A stretch of DNA of 64,000 nucleotides from Chara braunii (Eukaryota > Plantae > Charophyceae): assembly GCA_003427395.1 (NCBI GenBank), contig BFEA01000034.1, positions 3,408,125-3,472,124 on the forward strand. The letters run 5' to 3'. Shown one piece after another: positions 25,101 to 39,292 of this stretch. Numbering within the stretch: the first letter of the stretch is position 1; every line of letters starts with the position of its first letter. The translations under genes and the position numbers were made by a program. The notes beneath the pieces are model-generated. The model was not told the origin of the DNA. It did not search any database and was given only the letters and a program-made list of their open reading frames with translations.

Positions 25101-27756
25101 AACGTGGTAGGTGCCGTGTGACTGGAGGCGGCCTCAAAACGCACCACACCGGGTGCCAGTCTGCAACCGTGTCTTTTTTTAGCGATTTGGGGACATGGAC
25201 GGTGGGATCAGCAGCACCACTGTATTCGCAAATCCTCTGTCCCCGTGTTTTCTCATATTTTAGTGATTTGGGACGGCAGTGTGAGCATGCCCTCCCTCAC
25301 TCTCGCTCTTCTGTTCACTCTCTTTTTGTTCACTGTCCCTGCTTCGCCATTCACTCTCTGTTGTGTTTTATTTACTTTGGTAACTCGCATCTTTAGCACA
25401 CTTGATCTTGCCAGGCTGCCGCCAGTGGCTCACCGGACGCAGTCCAGGGCTAAGATCGGGATATGCTGTCTACGAGGCCTTTGGTTTCAATGAAACAGCG
25501 CTTTTGTTAAGTCGGCGAAAGTCTGTGCTGGTTGTAGTCATGGTGCACACTAGCGTCCTCCCCTAAACACACCGCACCCTCATCATGGATGTATCGAGCT
25601 ATTTTTTTGGTTTGATACAATCATAATGGGGGTGCGCTGTGTCGAGTGAAGAGCGCAGGGCACCAAGTAGTTGATATCCTGGTGCCCGTTGTGGGGTCCG
25701 GATTGGATCAACCGATGCAAAGCACTGCTTCGTGCACATGTGCACTGGGGACAAGGATGAGTTTTTTTTTTTCCACGTGAAAGCAGAAGTAGAGAAGTGT
25801 GTAGGCTGTCCGGTTCAGACTGTCGATGAGGCGTGAGAATCTGGATGAAAGCAAGGTCCATGTCTTTTGCTATATGATGTGTCCGTGTAGTTTGCGCTCT
25901 GTGTGGTTATGCCTAGGAAAGCTAGAGTGTATTCCTTTGTTTAATCCCTAAAGCTACTTTCGTGGTGGTGGATGATTTAGTCTCTTGTCTGACGTCATAT
26001 GCATGGTGACTCGTGTGTGCTGTTCTTAACCGTGAATTGGATTGGAATTTGGAATTTGCATTTCTGCACTCTTCGGGTCGGGGGTAGAGGTGGGAATGGC
26101 GGTGGGGGTTTGGCGATGTGGGCGTTGAAGCGTGCTCTTTTGTTTGCACCTCCGAGGCTGCTCATTGTGGTGGATGGCGCACGGATTCTCTTGTCGGATG
26201 TGATGTGGATTGTATGTGCTGTTCTTAGCAGTGTAATAGGCTGCAAGTTGCATTTCCTGTGCCAAGTTGGATTAAATGCAATCTTGAAGGGAACGAGGGT
26301 ATTGGAAGTGCTGCTCTGGACAAGGATGAAGAAGAGCGCAGAAGTGTAGACTCAGGACTGGCGTGTGCAGCGACGGATAGTCCACGTGCTTCCCTCAAAG
26401 GTGCTGCATTTCAGGCCTTGTCTCCCCTTCACCCCCTGTTCCATGTTGTTTTCCATGCCAATCTCTTTGTCTCGTCTGGCGGGGCCTTCCGCCCTTCTCT
26501 CCTGGGGTGCTTGCTGTTTTTCACGCTTCAAAATGCTTCTGCAAAACACATATTTGAGCAGGCTCTGTGGAAATTGAACCTGTGAGCGATACACATCCAG
26601 TATCCGACAATGAACTTGAGTTGGCCGTGAACATTTTCTGTGGCATTCAGATCTCCGAGGGCGCATTCTGTGGAGGGATTACAATTCATGGTCCAGAAGG
26701 GGACCAGAAGTGAATGAGGAAGGGATAACCGCGTCTGTAGGTCGGGTCCGAGTTTAGTGATAGCCGCGTCTGTAGGTCGGATCCGAGTTTAGGCAGGCGA
26801 TGAGGGCTATAGCTGCAGAATATATGGTGCCCAGGTATGGGGCACTGCAGGTCCTCATGCAGACTGGTAAGTCGGGCTTCACACAGCTGGTGGATTGAGG
26901 GTCAGTGGCACTAGCCCAAGCCCAACTACACATCTTTTGGGAAAATGCTGCTCTGCTCTGTGAGGTTACCCTCTGGCCTGGTTTGCTGCGATCTATTCCT
27001 CTGCCTTTTGCTGCTTTTCTCTCCGCCTTTACTGACGGCTGTACCTGTTGTCTTGTCCTGTAGTCCTGGCTATCTGTTTGAAACTGATCAGGCTATTTGA
27101 AAAGAAAGAATCAAGGCAGTCCCTTGGCGAATCCTGAACTTTCCTCTGACACGGAAGAAGATAGTGTCACAATTTGTCAAGAACGAGCAAGGGGGAAGAA
27201 GATAGTGTCAGAATTTGTCGAGAATGAGCAAGGGGGGCAGAGAGGTGGAACAAGAGGAAGGTAGAAAAGGAGGAGGAGGAGGAGGGGAGAGGTTCGGGAG
27301 TAGGGAGGGGGATTTGGACGTGGGCAGGTCAGGAGTGGGGGGGGAATGTTTGGTGGAATAGGAAGATAGAATGGGTGTCAGAAAAAGTTGCTGCTTGAGA
27401 AAATGAGAACAAGGGTGGAGGAGATGGGAACATAGTAAATTGCAAAGGACAATGAGGAGCGGGGAGGGAAAGGGAAGTGAAATGTGGAGGATGATGATGG
27501 TGGATGACAGGGACGAGCAGGAGGACGATGAGGACAAGAAGAAGTAGAGGTGATAAGAATAAGGAAGGTCTTGTGCGAGACTTGACCAGGCGTCATGATG
27601 TAGAGGTGAAACAAGCTGAGGTGAGGGAGCGGGAGGTGTAGGGAGTGGGGAGGTGTAGGGAAAGGAAGTTGCAGAAGGCGAACATGTTGGAGGAGGAGGA
27701 GGCAGGAGAAGAAGATAAATGATGAAATGTTAATACTGGAAGCAAGTAGAAAACAG

Positions 27757-27816
<60 letters not shown>

Positions 27817-30800
27817 CAGAAGAAACATAGTGTACGTTTTGCATAGAGGTGCACATGCGTACAAACACTTGCTGACTCATGCATGCCGGTGCCAGGCCCC
27901 TAATACACCCACAAGCACACGCATGCACAAGCCCCCTCCTCGAGCTGCGCACATCGTCACGCATGCCCGGGGAAAAAAAGAAGGGAGGCACCGTTGGACA
28001 CACACTCATTTATAGACCTAAAACTGAGACGTACAAATTTTGTATGTGAACACAGTATGTATGTCCCTATATCTACAGCTGTTGCGCAATTTACGTAGGG
28101 CTCTGTGTGTCTATCCAACACACTCTGCAAAGTTTTGGAAACTTGTTGCGCAAGAGATGCTGCATTGGGTGTAGTGGCAGGAGAGGCTCTGGGAGACTAA
28201 TAATCAGGACTAGCCGGAAGAGTACCTTCAAGTAGGGATGCTGAGAGGGGCAAGAGGTCTAATGATACGGTGGCCGCGGCGGGGAGTTTTCTCAAGTTCT
28301 GTTACCTGGAGACGGTTGCCAGCTGTGGATTCTAGGGAGAGGCAGTATGAAGTTGGTAGAATTGCACATGCGGTGAATTTGGGAGCAGGAGAAAGGTGAC
28401 CGGAAGGTGGTTTGACCATGAGTTCAATTTTGCTGCGTGTGTATCTCCTATAATTGGATCTGATTTCTGAACGCGTTTCATATAACTACTGTGCAAGTTG
28501 CGAAGGGTACTCTGTATGGCCGTGTGTGTCGTTGCCTGTGTGAAAGAAGTGGGGGTTGATTGCAGGGTGGTGTGGCATGTGGACTATTTTTTTGTTTCGT
28601 CTTGTACAAGGTCCTGTTTTCTTTTTTCACCGTGTATGCTAAGGAGATGGGGCAACGGGCATTTGGAGAGGGGTTCCTGTCCTGTTCTGTTCTGACTGCT
28701 GGAGGCAGCATCACTAGGCCATGGGAAGCTTGACTTTAGTAGCTTGCTGCTGTTATTCAACCTGTCAAATTCACACAAGTAGTTATGTATTGCATCAGTT
28801 TCTGCTGAGTGCGGCGTTCTTTATGAGATGGATCCGCCTTAGAAGTGTTTAGCGAGTTGGCACCTTGGGAGGCAGCTATGTCCTCTGGTTGTGACTCTGT
28901 GAATATAGGACATTCCTCAATCCGCGAGTGCTTTTGAGCTCTGTTGGTTTTCGTTCTGGATGCCTGCGGTAGGTTCATGATTGATTGTGATGTTTTGCAG
29001 GCGTTGTTTTCTTTGGTCAGATTACCTGTAGTTGTCCACCTGTAATATCCTGGATTGTCCTGCATGTGGATTTTTGAGTTGTCTGTGAATGAACATTGTG
29101 GCAATAATATAATATTTAAGGTTCTCCAATTGTGATGATGTCCCGCAAGATTTTGAAAGCGCACCCGAGTCTGAATGGAAGTTGAGGGGGGAACTGCGGT
29201 TCGATGGATGGTTGTATTTTTGGATGGCAGTGTAGGTAGGTGGCTGGACACTCTGGTTTTGCCTCTGGTGGTTTGAGAGTGTTCATTGGAGCCTCGTTGA
29301 TGCCATTTGGTGGTCGGCTGATTGACACTATTTTTTTTTCTATAATGCACTTGTGATGTACCACATTGGCACAATTTCATTTGTGGTTTTGTTGCTTAGG
29401 TTGTGAGCAGCATGATCGAAGTGGGAGTCGTGTAAATAAATGGGAGACAAGGAGGGAACGAGAGAACGTGACTGGCAATGCGTCCAGGGACATTGAACAG
29501 CGAGAAGAGGATGAGAACGCGAGTAGTAGGTTAGCATCTGTAGAGGGTGATGAAGAGGTAACTTGTTCAGGTAGGGGAGAAGAGGAGGGTTGTGTGGAGA
29601 GGACACAGTCTGGGGCAACTGAAGCTAGTGATGCAGAGCATGCGGGTGCTGTGAGAGTCAACTCGTCGCTGCCTTCAAGGGAGGATACAGATGCATCCGA
29701 TGTTTGTGGCAAAGTTGGCAGCTTTGCTGGAAGTCAAAGGTCTCTGGCATCGGGTGAGGGAAGGGTCACTGTCGTGGGAGTGCCCTCTACGGAGAGGGGG
29801 AATAAGGTCAGGGCATTTCGAAGTAGGATGAGGCCGTTTGAAGGCGAACTTAGGAAGGCAAGGCTGGGGGCTTTGGAAGAGCCTGACAGGAGTCCGTGTG
29901 ATGGACAACAGTGTCAAGATGGCGGACCGAACTCGTGCTCAAGCAAAGTGTACGATGGGGCGGAAGTAGCAGGCCAAGAGAATGGAAGGGACGGTGGTGA
30001 GAGTGCTGGTCCAGCTGAGGAGCAGTTGCGCCTTGGCAGACGTTCTCTGGGGAGAAACGAGGAGGCCATGATTCCAAATAAACGAATACGGCGGTCGTCA
30101 GCTGGGTTCTCCGAGGTTGCTCGAAAGTATCATCAAGAGTCTTTCTGTGGTTTTGATGATCGCTTGGAAGATGGATTTCATGATGCTGGCAGAGAACGCC
30201 CGTTCTTGTCGCTGGATGTGCTGGAGAAAGAACCTCCTTGCCTGGATTCTCGGGAAGTCATCGTGGTTGACAGGTAAGCATTAACTGATTAAAGATTGTA
30301 AGTGCTAGTCCCCACTGGTGCTATTTCCATTGCTCAGGAAGCACGCACCTGGCAGTGAGAATGGCCAGGTTATACTTTCTAGCACGGACATACCACTGAC
30401 AGGGCATGGGCCTAAGTGCAATTGCCGCACACCAAGCTCAAAGCAAATGGATGTGTGGTCGATGCCCACAGGGTGTGTATTGTTGACAGTTTGCTTTCTC
30501 GATGCATGGCATTTGAGCAAGTGTCAGCAGGCAGGTACAGGTTGAGTGCCCGTTGAGGCTGAAGGCTTGAGGTAGATACAGGTAGCCTTAGATCTTGAAA
30601 GCCTTTTTTTCTGTAATTCAGAGATGTTTCCTCAGTTCTAGGTAAATGTCAGTTTGGCACCAGGTTGAGCAAACCATGGTGTCTCAAGTGGGTTGCTACA
30701 TCGGGTCGGCAGAACAAGAAAAAAAGCTCGAGGAAAGCAAATGTGTGTTCCCTTCCTTTTTTTGCTTTTTCCTGCCCGCTGTGGTCTTGCTGGGATCTTT

Positions 30801-33800
30801 ATCTGAATCATCTGAATTGGGCTGTCATCCTTACGGGTCAGGAGCTGTGACTACAGTGGGAGAAAGAAGAGGAGGGAGGTTTTCTTCGGACTAAGGCAGC
30901 AAAACCTGTTATCAGTAGCGTGTTCGAAGTGAAATGGTATTTAAGTTACCGGAACCTCTTATTGCCTTGATGTCTTGGGTGATATAAACAGGAGGCTTGC
31001 GTCCAGGACGAGACTTGGGTCAGGGCTGGCTTAGATATAGATGAAACCCAGCTTTGGGGACTACTGAGCCTCAACTTTTCTCTGCTGTCTGTGGGGAGAA
31101 GGCATCCCCAGCAGTGGCACATGCCGCTGTTCGTCGCAACCTATGGTCTCTGAACCCTCAATGTTCTTTTTCTTTCCTGTGTCTCATGATTTGTCTCCTC
31201 TTTGCAATGGGCCGAACTTCAAACATCTCAAGCGCACCCCGGGTTGCACACCACAACACATGAAGATGAACTCCATAGACAATCTATATGAGAACTCAAG
31301 TTATCGTGAAATCAGGATCATGTACAAGTGAGTTTGTATACATCTTGCTGGGTGTCTATAGCCGCCAGTATCAACAACAAGAGGAAGAACTCTCGCACAT
31401 TGACCCTCAGGCCCCTATCTCCCCTCTATGGACGTCTTCTGTCTCTCTCTCTTTCTCTCTCTGTGCTCGCCACATGATATGCCTACTATATGGTGCCCAG
31501 CGCCTGTTCACCACTGCCTGTCTACTCTGTTTCTTCTACTTCCTGCTTCGCCAGTCGCAGGGTCACTCCTTGGGAAGCTGCGCTTCCACATACACAACTG
31601 AATGATGGGTGAGAACAACGGCTGCTGTGCTTTTTCATATGGCATTCAGCTTCTTGTCCTTGACTTTCCAGACCTGGTTCATCTGGTACCTTGCCAACTT
31701 CGGCCTCTCATCCTTTGACGTTTCAAAAAAGTCGGCTGACATGACGGGACAGAACTGGACCGCACTGGACCGCAGTGGACCCGATGGGGCCGAACGGGCT
31801 GGACTGGGCTGACACATATAGCCTCTGCTATCCCAACTTCACTTGGGACTGGCCAACGGACCCTACAGTGCCGACATTCTGAGACTCCAGGTTCCTTGCA
31901 TTTTTCCTTGTCCGTTGTCTTTTCTACTGGATTCAACTTGTGGGGATGCTGGCGGTTAAGAAAGAAAAGAGTAAACAAATGTCTAGCGAATAAGTTTTCT
32001 TTTTCAGTCTTGTTTTTGAAAGGGTGATGCCCGTGAGGTATCATTATCAAACTGACGAACCCCAGGTAATTCAGAGTTGTCTTATTCGTCCGATTCTGTC
32101 AAGATTCGTACTCATGTCTGCTTGTCGAGACTTATATGTGTACCCTTCAGCGCCATTGGTTGGGTGCAAATACGATGTGCAAATAAGATTGTGGAGCATC
32201 GTCCCAGCCAAAAGTTGCTTGAAATAAATTTTCACATCACGTTTTCTTCGGGTGTTCGTACCATGTTTGCATGTTTTCGTTCTTTTTATTTTGGAAATCT
32301 GGTGTCTTTGCACCAAGTGCGGCTTGGCTGTGCAGTGCTGGCTGGATGCCACGCATGTACACTTTGCACAAACTTGGTATGGATTATGCAGCAAATATGC
32401 TGAATGTGAAACCTGAGCTTCTGGTTGGCGGGGTCACTGCCATGCCCAGGTCTCGACCTGGTAACAGGACTAGGAAATGGCTTCTGTTGCTTAGCCACAC
32501 TGGTAATTCAGGCTAGAAAGCAGGCAAGGGTTTTGGTTGGACAGGAAGGCCGGCACATCTACTAGAGTTTGATTTCCTTCTCTTGACGTGGATGTTGGAA
32601 CTGTATGTTGGCACTGTTGTGTGAAATTATCTTAAAATGGCTATTCCTCTGCCTTTTGACTTGTTTTCTTACCAAGTTCCTTATTCTGTGCTGCAATGTT
32701 CTCCAGGGGAAAAGATGAGGATCTGGATCTGGCTCTTGGCACTGTTCGGAAACTGCTGGTGGGCCGATCTAGCACATCATGGGGGAGGAGTGAGGGCTGT
32801 GGCAAAGAGGCAAGCCAGAACAAGGAGTCGGTTTCAGCGGAGCTTGTACGGCTGCATGTGACGATCCTTGCACAGTTTGTCTCTGACTGGTTTGGTGGGA
32901 GTGATAAAGCTCAGCTGGTCATGTCGATGCGGACTGCCATGCTTGGAGGCTCGCGAGTCCCTGGATCAAAAGACTGTGCTTGTGTATGTAGTGAGTTAGG
33001 ACAGGGGTGGGGCGCTCGAGCTGTCTGTGGCAACGTCCTTTCTGATAGGCAGACAAGATTAACATATGGATTGGAAGCAGGAATTCAGCTGCCAAGCGTC
33101 CAGCTTTTGTGTGGAGAAAGTGTGAGGGTTCTGAAGGCGCAGCGGCAGTCAAACATCGTACCCATTGGAGCTCTGAAATATGGCATATGTAGGCATCGGG
33201 CAATCATGCTGAAGGTGTGTGTTGGCAGGACTCTGGAAAGCTGCTTCCAGAACATTGCCACTCTGTGTTTGCCCCCTTCCTGTTCCATCGAGTCTTTTGG
33301 TATCCAGCGTGCCTGCCTTTTCCTTACTGATCACACATAATCAGGGTGAAGCACTCGCTCAGTCCAACTCTCCTGCCTCCTTCCATAATATGCACAGAAG
33401 TATTTGGCGAACTTGTCCGTGTAGACTATAGTATCCTTCTGTTCTTTGTTCTTCTTTCTTTCTTAATTTAGTTTCTAGTGATGAATGCTTGTTGAATGCA
33501 GAGGCACTCTTTCCCATCCAAGGTCTCAAAAATGATAAGCATCCCTCTCGTCCTGGAGGACACAAGTCCCTTGATTGCTCTGATATGTCTGCTTGGTTTT
33601 CTTGATCTTCGCTTACTGTTGCCACTTCCATGGTACTTCTGTGACCTCCTTGAAGAATGTTGGACCTCACAGTGCTTGTGGCATGCATGCTTTGGAACCT
33701 GACCTGCCAAAGAAATTTGATTGCATGCGACTTTCATGATAATCACTTACCACAACAGCTAGCACCGGATGGAATTAGGGCGGAGGTGATGGCTTGATTG

Positions 33801-35826
33801 CACTGCAGTGTGTCTGGCACGAACTTGGCACGAAGAGTGTGATGTGAACACCAGATTCTTGTCAATTTAGTGTACAACGACCTCCAGAGTGCAGCTCCTT
33901 ATTTACATGAAGATAATGTGAAATGCAGACCAGACACATTCTAGTTGAGCAAATATTGAAATGCAGAGTGTGCAGGGCCTTGGCTACAACAGGCTGGTAG
34001 CTCTGGTGATCGCTGTCTCTGTAGCACTCACTGGCCTTTTCCAGGTGTGCTTGATCTGCAGTTCATGGGCTTCCCAATACTCCAAGAAGAGGGATTTGTG
34101 GCATCTCCCGCCCAACAAGTATGAAATGACAGTGCAGGAGTTGTCCGGCATTGTACTGATGCAAGTGGCCCTTGTCTCTTTGTGTGGCACTCATTTGTGC
34201 AGTACCTGTGTGATCATCTGGATCCTGCGATACCTTGTGAGCTTGTCCGAGGGTATATGGACAACATTCCACATGCATGGAATGTGGTGCTGGTGGGAGG
34301 CGTGCGAATGCTGGTGGATGCCTGCCGGCCTGCTGACATTCGACCCGAAACTAATGCTGAATACCTTTGCAGGTAATTTGGGGGAGGTGGGTCTTATGTT
34401 TTCGTGCTTGCTTTCCTCATATGTCTTGGCAGTTGCTTTTTTTCTGCTTGTTCCACCCCTCCACGCTTTACCTTCTCGTCCTTCTCTTCTAACCTCTCAG
34501 CCTCCCCAACACGCCACGAAAAATGCTTCAGTGACCATAATTCTGAGATCCTGACTTGCTTCGCTTCTTTGCATACATGTGGCAGGGAATCTGATCAAGT
34601 AGGCAGGGTTTATTGAAACATGTTGGCGCACTCTGGGTTTATTGAAGTTTCCTTTCTGATTCTTTTCTTCGTCTTTCCACCTAGTTCTGTCTCTACCTTG
34701 TTCTTGGTTCCACTGCGCAGAGGTCATGCCCCAAGCCCCCTATAGCCCACATTGTGATGACACATGCAGTCATTATTTATAGCTGCTGTTCGAGATGCAG
34801 CGTTGCTGGACACGCCGCTGAGTCATTGGGATTTGGTGGTCTTTTACATACCACTCTATGGCCATGTATTATGCTGTTTGATGTGTTGGGCGGAAGTCTC
34901 TTAGCTGTCATAATTTTTCAAGGGATTAGGAATGCAATGCTGTTGAATGCTGCTACTAGGTGCTCTTCTGCATTGGCATTTGTTTGACAAGAAGTGGAGT
35001 ATGTAGGGCTGGGAAAGCATGCATGCCGAAGGCTGCAGGTATTTTGATCCCCTGTTGGCATTTGGCAGCGAGCTGTTGTTTATTCCTCTTATGTTTCACT
35101 TTGGCTTTGCTCAAGCATCGGTGTTGTGGGTAAGGTAATCTAATATCAATTTGGCATTCGAGTGCTGTGTCTTTTTCTCCTTTCCTGATTAATGCTAGTG
35201 AACTACATTACCTTCCTGATTACCTATTACCTTCCCTGAGTTCCTGTTCGATGCTGAGGACGGTTCTGACATTGGTGGATTCTGCCTCATTGTTGTTGAA
35301 GGACTCTGGGGTTTCTGTAATTTGGATTGGGCGGGTAATGCTAACATGCTGCTGAGTAAGAAAAACGGGAAGTGATTTTGAGACATCAACAACTAAGATG
35401 GCGAGTAGGAGGAGAAGTAAAAGATGGCCGGGGGGGGGCTCGAAATTAACTAAGATGGCGAGTAGGAGGAGAAGTAAAGAAGGTGAGGAGGATATAAGCA
35501 AGAGATGGCGAGTAGGGGACGATGTAAAAGATGGCAAAAGGAGTAAAGATGCCGAGGAGGGGATAAGTAAAAGATGCAGAGGAGGAGGAGAAGTAAAAGA
35601 TGGCATTGGAGAGCTCTTGCTCGGGTCTGCCTGTTTTACTGTATGTCCAGGGACGGTTCTGCATCAGCTCAGAAAGATCTCAGTGATGAATTGGCCGGGG
35701 CAGCTCGATTGGCAACAGAAGTACCTGTGGTGGATGAACAACAGCTTATGGCTGCAATAGATTCTGTTAAACAACGGGGGGTGGGGGAAATGACGGGGTA
35801 GGAAGGAGGTTGACGGGTGAGGAGGG

Positions 35827-35870
<44 letters not shown>

Positions 35871-38800
35871 CACAGACTCACAAACACCAGTAGAAGAAGA
35901 AGAAGTTCCTGTCCCTCGCCTAATGACATGCAGGCTCAGATGGGGCGTGGCAACAAACCGACGGCAACGGCGCTTGAACAGGAGATGGCAGGCTCGCTGC
36001 TCCACGGTGAAAAAGGGGGCTTGCTCGGTGCTCGACAGTGATGTGACGGCTCACTCACTGCTCGACGGGGATGGGAGTGCTTGCTCGTGATGAGAGCACG
36101 GTAAGTAAGGGGCGTGAGGGGCAAGGCGTGTTGCTGCGAGATCCCCGCCCAAGGATTTTCAAACAGGTGGTTTATCTGGGCCGCTGATGTTTTGAGATTG
36201 ACGGCTCTGATTGGTCGCCTGAAAACATAATAAAAATGGGGCTTAGCCAGCCTGGTGTATTTTTTGCGACTCCGGCAGGGTCCTCTAGTCCGCAGGAGGC
36301 ATCCTAGGCCGGTCTTTGGGCCGGTAACCCTCCCCAGCAAAAATGCGCTGTGAACTGGGGTCCAGCCGGGCCAGTCCACCGGTCGGTCCGACTGGGACGG
36401 TGCCAGATGGAGGAGGGTCCCCCGGGCTGACCGGGGAGCAGCACTGGTCTATATTCGCTGATGCTCCCCTTGATCACCGGATCCGGTTTTCGAAAACCAC
36501 CTCAGATTTGTGCTCAATTTGACATGCAGGAAATAACCATGTAAAAAATCTGAGAAAAAAAGAAATTCTGTTGCATGAAGTTTGGGATAATCGATGCCTG
36601 GATATGTGGGCCTGGGCAGCCCCAGCAGCCAAGCCTCATATTACTAGGGGCATATGTTAAGGAAGCAGAAAGTCTTTTGGATACCCCTTTTCTTTTCATA
36701 GCACCGTGTAATGGATGGTAGAATGGCAGCATATGATGTGTGCATGGTGAAGTCGTTGTACATTATTGAATGCCTTTAAAAGGATTTCACGTGCAGACCC
36801 TCCGAAGTCCCGGTTCCAAAGTCCTGCTTGGGTCCATTCCCAGAGTCCTGGGAGGTCCCAGTCTTAGGGTTCCTGTAGCCCCTTATGTGTCTGTAGGTTC
36901 TACAAGCGAAAGGGTTACAGTCCGGTAGGGTCCAGATTCTGAAAGTTGTAGGTCAGTAGAAGGCCGGTCCGGTACCGGATAGAAAAAAGTCCAGAAGTCC
37001 CAAAGTCTAATTTTCAGCAGCATCCTGGGAAAGTCTGGAGATTTGGAACTAGCAACTGCAGCCGACAGGCTGCGAGGACCGTTATCCATCTGGAGCAGAC
37101 AAAGTACACCCAAGTGCTGCTGGTTAGAGGGAGGTTGAGGATGGCGATCGGGTGCCATAGCTAGGATTGCGGGAAGGAGAAGTCCGATGTAACCGAGTCG
37201 GGTAGTTATAGGGAGTAATGTGAGTGCATCCAGGGATAAACTGTGGCCGATCTGAGAGTTGAGAGCAAGTGTAGCATACCTAGAGCCTACTACACGAGGC
37301 GGGCTTATCTCGTTTTCAGGCAGGCAGGTACGTCTTTGGTACACAGACTTCAGGTATGTATCCGCTTTTGGTGTTTAGCTTATTTTGCGTCAGGGGGTGT
37401 CTTATCAGCATTTTGTTTAGCTTGTTTTTGAAGCCTGAATTTATTTGCGTCAGGGGGTGTCTTATCAGCATTTTGTTTAGCTTGTTTTGAAGCCTGTATT
37501 TGCTCTGCGTCAGGGGCTGTCTTACCAGCATTTTGTCCAGCTTGTTTTCTAAGCCTGACCAGTCTTCGAATGCTGGCCAGCTTGCTTTTGAAGCCTGGCC
37601 AGAGCTTGGCCACAGAGCGACTCAGCGGATACTTGGCTGATCAGACAGCCCAGATTGGAGGCCGGGTTGGATGGTGGCTGGCCCCGTAGTATATAGGAGA
37701 TGTGGACCCAGCAGTTGGCAGGTAGGTTCTGGAGGAGTCCAGCACTGGTGGAGGTAGAGGAGCAGCGCTAGAGGGAATGAGAGGTGAGGTAGAGTTCACT
37801 TTTACTGGTCAGTATCATCATTATCAGAGAGAGAGAGAGAGGTCACTGGATTCGACATCTGAGTTCATCATTGGAGGTTGAGGTGGAGGAGAGACCATTG
37901 TTATTTGACACTGCCGTACATCGAGTTATCTTCTTCTTCTCCTCCTTTTTTTCCCCCTCCACCCACGTTCAGGAATGATTTCAGCGGGGAGACTCTTCTG
38001 TGTTTGGATCGCTCCCCGCTTGATCTGATATTGTCATTTTCTGTATCGTCAGACTTTCTTGTTTGTTTCGAGTGTTCCGCTTTGTCATGTTATATCTCTT
38101 CCTCACGTTGGATGATCCTTTGGACTTTATTGCCGACGGTTCACTCTGGGCATGCATCAGCAAGAGAGGGAAAGAGAGAGGGAGACAGCGAGCAGGGAGG
38201 TTCGAGCGCCGGAAGATTGAGAGAGCATAGGGAGAGCATATATATATATAGGGTTCAGCCTCCTGATGAGTCAGTGAAACTCCGACGAAACAGTTTGTCA
38301 CAGCCCCTCATTTGTTGTCCTCTTCTCCCTCTCTGCCTACAGTTTACCGGGCAGTTCTGTTTGACGATATATGTTTTGCTGGCTTGTGATGGGGTGTGAA
38401 CCGACAGTCTGTAGAGTTTTCCATCTGGTGTGGGTGAGTGATAGTCTACTTTGATTTTGGTTAAGGTAGATTATCATTTACAGTGTAATCAGTNNNNNNN
38501 NNNNNNNNNNNNNNNNNNNNNNNNNNNNNNNNNNNNNNNNNNNNNNNNNNNNNNNNNNNNNNNNNNNNNNNNNNNNNNNNNNNNNNNNNNNNNNNNNNNN
38601 NNNNNNNNNNNNNNNNNNNNNNNNNNNNNNNNNNNNNNNNNNNNNNNNNNNNNNNNNNNNNNNNNNNNNNNNNNNNNNNNNNNNNNNNNNNNNNNNNNNN
38701 NNNNNNNNNNNNNNNNNNNNNNNNNNNNNNNNNNNNNNNNNNNNNNNNNNNNNNNNNNNNNNNNNNNNNNNNNNNNNNNNNNNNNNNNNNNNNNNNNNNN

Positions 38801-39213
38801 NNNNNNNNNNNNNNNNNNNNNNNNNNNNNNNNNNNNNNNNNNNNNNNNNNNNNNNNNNNNNNNNNNNNNNNNNNNNNNNNNNNNNNNNNNNNNNNNNNNN
38901 NNNNNNNNNNNNNNNNNNNNNNNNNNNNNNNNNNNNNNNNNNNNNNNNNNNNNNNNNNNNNNNNNNNNNNNNNNNNNNNNNNNNNNNNNNNNNNNNNNNN
39001 NNNNNNNNNNNNNNNNNNNNNNNNNNNNNNNNNNNNNNNNNNNNNNNNNNNNNNNNNNNNNNNNNNNNNNNNNNNNNNNNNNNNNNNNNNNNNNNNNNNN
39101 NNNNNNNNNNNNNNNNNNNNNNNNNNNNNNNNNNNNNNNNNNNNNNNNNNNNNNNNNNNNNNNNNNNNNNNNNNNNNNNNNNNNNNNNNNNNNNNNNNNN
39201 TTTGACGATATAT

Positions 39214-39292
<79 letters not shown>

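Noticed and set aside
35039-35130. Alternative exon 7 starting RYFDPL
   Set aside because: The 39836 exon (RYLPLKR) fits the family motif and continues directly into the kinase G-loop.
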